Position numbers and translations under genes: made by a program. Positions 61,159-64,000 of a stretch of 64,000 nt of DNA are shown here, one piece after another; positions within the stretch are counted from its first letter, which is position 1; every line of letters begins with the position of its first letter. Below the pieces are notes generated by a model. That model was not told the origin of the DNA. It did not search any database and saw only the letters and a program-made list of their open reading frames with translations. Source of the stretch: an uncultured Chloroflexia bacterium (lineage in GTDB: Bacteria; Chloroflexota; Limnocylindria; Limnocylindrales; CSP1-4); the NCBI GenBank assembly GCA_963713975.1, contig OY970218.1:3168001-3232000 (forward strand). Direction: 5' to 3'.

Positions 61159-64000
61159 TCATCCCAGCTGCAGGTCCACGACCCCGTCGCCCACACGTCG
61201 CTGGACCTCGGCCACGAGCTCCGCGTCGTAGGCGACGCCCCGCAGCTCCATCGGCAGCGCCGCGCCACCCGGGGCAGGCACGTGGACGACGACCCGCGTG
61301 GCCCCCGGATGCTCGCGCAGCACGGACTTGAACGCGTGCATCGCAGACACGACCCGGTCGGTTCCGGCCTCGCGGGCGAACCGCACGTTGAGCACCGCGC
61401 CGGGCGCTGCCTCGAGCGGGCGCGAGGGGGCCTGGGCGGCCACCGTCGCCGCGCTCCGGGCCTCGTCGGGAAGCGGAGGCGCGTCCGGGCTGATGCCGTC
61501 CGCGTCCGAATCTGCGGCCGTGCCGAACCCCGGCGGTTCCGAGTAGGTGGGCACCGGCTCGGCCGGGGCGACGCGTGGGCTGCCGTTGCCGTTCCGCGGG
61601 CCGCCGTTCCCGCCGGGGCCCCCTCCCCCGGGACCCCGTCGAGCACGCTTGTCCAGCGACCCCACCTCGCGCCCGAACGCCTCGGGGCCCTGCCCGGCGA
61701 CCGCGTCCCAGTCCCACACCGAGTCCGCCAGCAATGACGCCTCGTCGCCGCGGTGGTCCACGCGACCGGCCACCAGCAGGATCGCCCCGTCGCGCCACAT
61801 CCCCGCGGTCGTCTCGTAGGTCCTCGGGAAGACCACGACCTCGAGCGTCCCCTGCAGGTCCTCGAGCGTCACGATGGCCATCGACGCCCTGGCCTTGGTC
61901 ATGACCATCCGGATGCCGGTGACGATGCCGCCGAGGACCACCCGCTGGCCGTCGAGCGACTCGTCCTTGAGGTCGCCGCTGTAAGCCGTGACGAACAGTC
62001 CTACACGCTCCGCCACCTCGCCCATCGGGTGGTCCGAGAGGTAGAGCCCCATCAGCTCCTTCTCCCAGCGCAGGCGCTCCCGGACAGGTGTCTCGGGCGT
62101 CTCGGGCAGGGGGCGCTCCAGCGTGGCCGCCTCGTCGCCGCCCATCTCGAACAGGGAGGTCTGGCCGCTGATCCGGTCGCGTTGTGCGGCCTGGCCGGCC
62201 GCGAGGGCATCGTCCAGGCCCAGCAGCACCTGGGCAGGGTGGCCGAAGCAGTTGAGCGCACCCACCCGTACGAGGGACTCCAGGACCTTGCGGTTGGCGA
62301 GGCGGAGGTCCACCCGGGTGCAGAAGTCTGTGAGCGAGCGGAACTCGCCGCCCTCCTCGCGCGCCTTGATGATCGACTCGATCGCGCCCTCGCCGACGTT
62401 CTTGACCGCCAGCAGGCCGAAGCGGATCGCATCGCCCTCCACTGTGAAGCCAAGCCCCGACCGGTGGACGTCCGGGGTCCGCACCTCGATCTGCAGCCGG
62501 CGGCACTCCGCGATTGCGGCGGCGACCTTCTCCGCGTTGTCCCGGAAGGCCGTGAGCACGGACGTCATGTACTCGACCGTGTAGTTGGCCTTGAGGTATG
62601 CGGTCTGGTAGGCGATCAGGCCGTAGCAGGTCGCGTGGGCCTTGTTGAACCCGTAACGCTCGAACGGCTCGAAGGCCTTGAACACCTGGTCGATGGTCTG
62701 CGGCGGAACGCCCCGCTCGGCGGCGCGCTCGACGAAGGTCTCCTTCATCGACCTCAGGACGGACGACTTCTTCTTGCGGATCGCGTAGCCCAGCATGTCC
62801 GCCTCGGGACCCGAGAAGCCGCCCAGGGCCATGGCCGCGGCCATGATGTCCTCCTGGTAGACGAAGATCCCGTACGTCCGGTTGAGGAACGGCTCCAGCA
62901 GCGGGTGCAGGTACTGGACCGGCTCCTGGCCGTGCTTGCGCCGGATGTAGGCCGGGATGTTGTCCATCGGCCCCGGACGGTAGAGCGCCACCATGGCCGC
63001 CAGGTCGAACACCGACGTCGGCTGCAGCTCCCGGATGTAGCGCCGCATGCCCGCCGACTCGAGCTGGAAGACGCCGGTCGTCTCGCCCGAGGCCAGGAGC
63101 TCGAAGGTCCTCGTGTCGTCGAGCGGGATGTTGTCGAGGTCCACCGCGACGTCGCGGTTGTCCTTGATCAGGTCCACGGCCTTGCGCAGGATCGTCAGGT
63201 TGGACAGGCCCAGGAAGTCGAACTTGAGCAGTCCCAGCGACTCGATGCCGTGCATCTCGTACTGGGTCATGAGGGCGTCGGAGTTGGTCGCCTTCTGGAG
63301 CGGCATCAGCTCCGTGAGCGGCTCGCGGGAGATCACGACGCCGGCGGCATGCGTGGACGCGTTGCGGGCAACCCCCTCGAGCTGCTGGGCAAGCCCGATC
63401 AGCTTCGCGATCTGCGGATCACCGTCGTGCATCTCCTTGAGCTGTGGCGATTCGAGGGCCTCCGACAGCTTGATGCCCAGCTGGTTCGGCACCGCCTTTG
63501 CGATCCGGTCGACGTCGCTGTAGCCCATGCCCATGACCCGGCCCACGTCCCGGATGGCAGCCCGGGCCAGCATCGTGCCAAAGGTGATGATCTGGGCGAC
63601 GTGGTCCTGACCGTACTTGCGGCTGACGTAGTTGATGACCTCGTCCCGGCGCTCGTCCTCGAAGTCCACGTCGATGTCGGGCATCGTGACGCGGTCCGGG
63701 TTGAGGAAGCGCTCGAACGGGAGCCCGTAGTGGAGCGGGTCCACCGGCGTTATGCCCAGCGTGTAGGTGACGATCGATCCGGGTGCGGACCCCCGGCAGG
63801 TGGTCGCGATCCCCTGCTCCCGGGCGTACCGGACGAAGTCGGCCACGATCAGGAAGTAGCCGGCGTAGCCCATCGAGATGATCACGCCCAGCTCGTAGTC
63901 CAGGCGCTCCTGGAGGGCTGGGGTGATCGCGCCGTAGCGGCGCACGAGGCCCGCCTCGCACTCCTTGCGCAGCCACGTCTCCACCGTCTCGCCATCCGGC
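61159..64000 (-). CDS. dnaE: DNA polymerase III alpha subunit (5' end outside window)
   Basis: FERFLNPDRVTMPDIDVDF, HAAGVVI, KFDFLGL, YGFNKAHA, OB fold. Confidence 0.97.
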   Translation of the reverse strand, partial: PDGETVETWLRKECEAGLVRRYGAITPALQERLDYELGVIISMGYAGYFLIVADFVRYAREQGIATTCRGSAPGSIVTYTLGITPVDPLHYGLPFERFLNPDRVTMPDIDVDFEDERRDEVINYVSRKYGQDHVAQIITFGTMLARAAIRDVGRVMGMGYSDVDRIAKAVPNQLGIKLSEALESPQLKEMHDGDPQIAKLIGLAQQLEGVARNASTHAAGVVISREPLTELMPLQKATNSDALMTQYEMHGIESLGLLKFDFLGLSNLTILRKAVDLIKDNRDVAVDLDNIPLDDTRTFELLASGETTGVFQLESAGMRRYIRELQPTSVFDLAAMVALYRPGPMDNIPAYIRRKHGQEPVQYLHPLLEPFLNRTYGIFVYQEDIMAAAMALGGFSGPEADMLGYAIRKKKSSVLRSMKETFVERAAERGVPPQTIDQVFKAFEPFERYGFNKAHATCYGLIAYQTAYLKANYTVEYMTSVLTAFRDNAEKVAAAIAECRRLQIEVRTPDVHRSGLGFTVEGDAIRFGLLAVKNVGEGAIESIIKAREEGGEFRSLTDFCTRVDLRLANRKVLESLVRVGALNCFGHPAQVLLGLDDALAAGQAAQRDRISGQTSLFEMGGDEAATLERPLPETPETPVRERLRWEKELMGLYLSDHPMGEVAERVGLFVTAYSGDLKDESLDGQRVVLGGIVTGIRMVMTKARASMAIVTLEDLQGTLEVVVFPRTYETTAGMWRDGAILLVAGRVDHRGDEASLLADSVWDWDAVAGQGPEAFGREVGSLDKRARRGPGGGGPGGNGGPRNGNGSPRVAPAEPVPTYSEPPGFGTAADSDADGISPDAPPLPDEARSAATVAAQAPSRPLEAAPGAVLNVRFAREAGTDRVVSAMHAFKSVLREHPGATRVVVHVPAPGGAALPMELRGVAYDAELVAEVQRRVGDGVVDLQLG

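Overview
High-GC bacterial chromosomal segment, probably Chloroflexota (taxonomy is inference from gene content and order). It is mostly housekeeping: rpsF-ssb-rpsR, nine tRNAs, lemA-htpX, uvrC-secD-secF-recJ-TolB-like-pyrF-tatA-tatC-rapZ-yvcK-whiA-tpiA-gpmI-secG, uvrA/uvrB with LexA-type boxes, polA, mutM, an ABC-F ATPase, coaE and a partial dnaE. Accessory content includes a partial Tad pilus locus, a tandem 5'-nucleotidase and an IS481 element. The most interesting signals lie outside the ORF track. (1) Three envelope-protein genes near a tRNA cluster are each preceded by a copy of a ~36-bp repeat, like a cassette array. (2) An ECF sigma factor is followed by two anti-sigma genes that share 488 apparently identical bp but have different C-termini, and a GGAAC-N17-CGTC promoter precedes the sigma gene, the second anti-sigma copy and a lipoprotein gene. 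(3) The IS481 is flanked by 16-bp tRNA 3' ends from two different tRNAs. (4) Two copies of a ~160-bp four-palindrome element share 41/61-63/41 spacing. (5) Leaderless promoter geometry is widespread. All coordinates and alignments were read by eye and no database searches were run.
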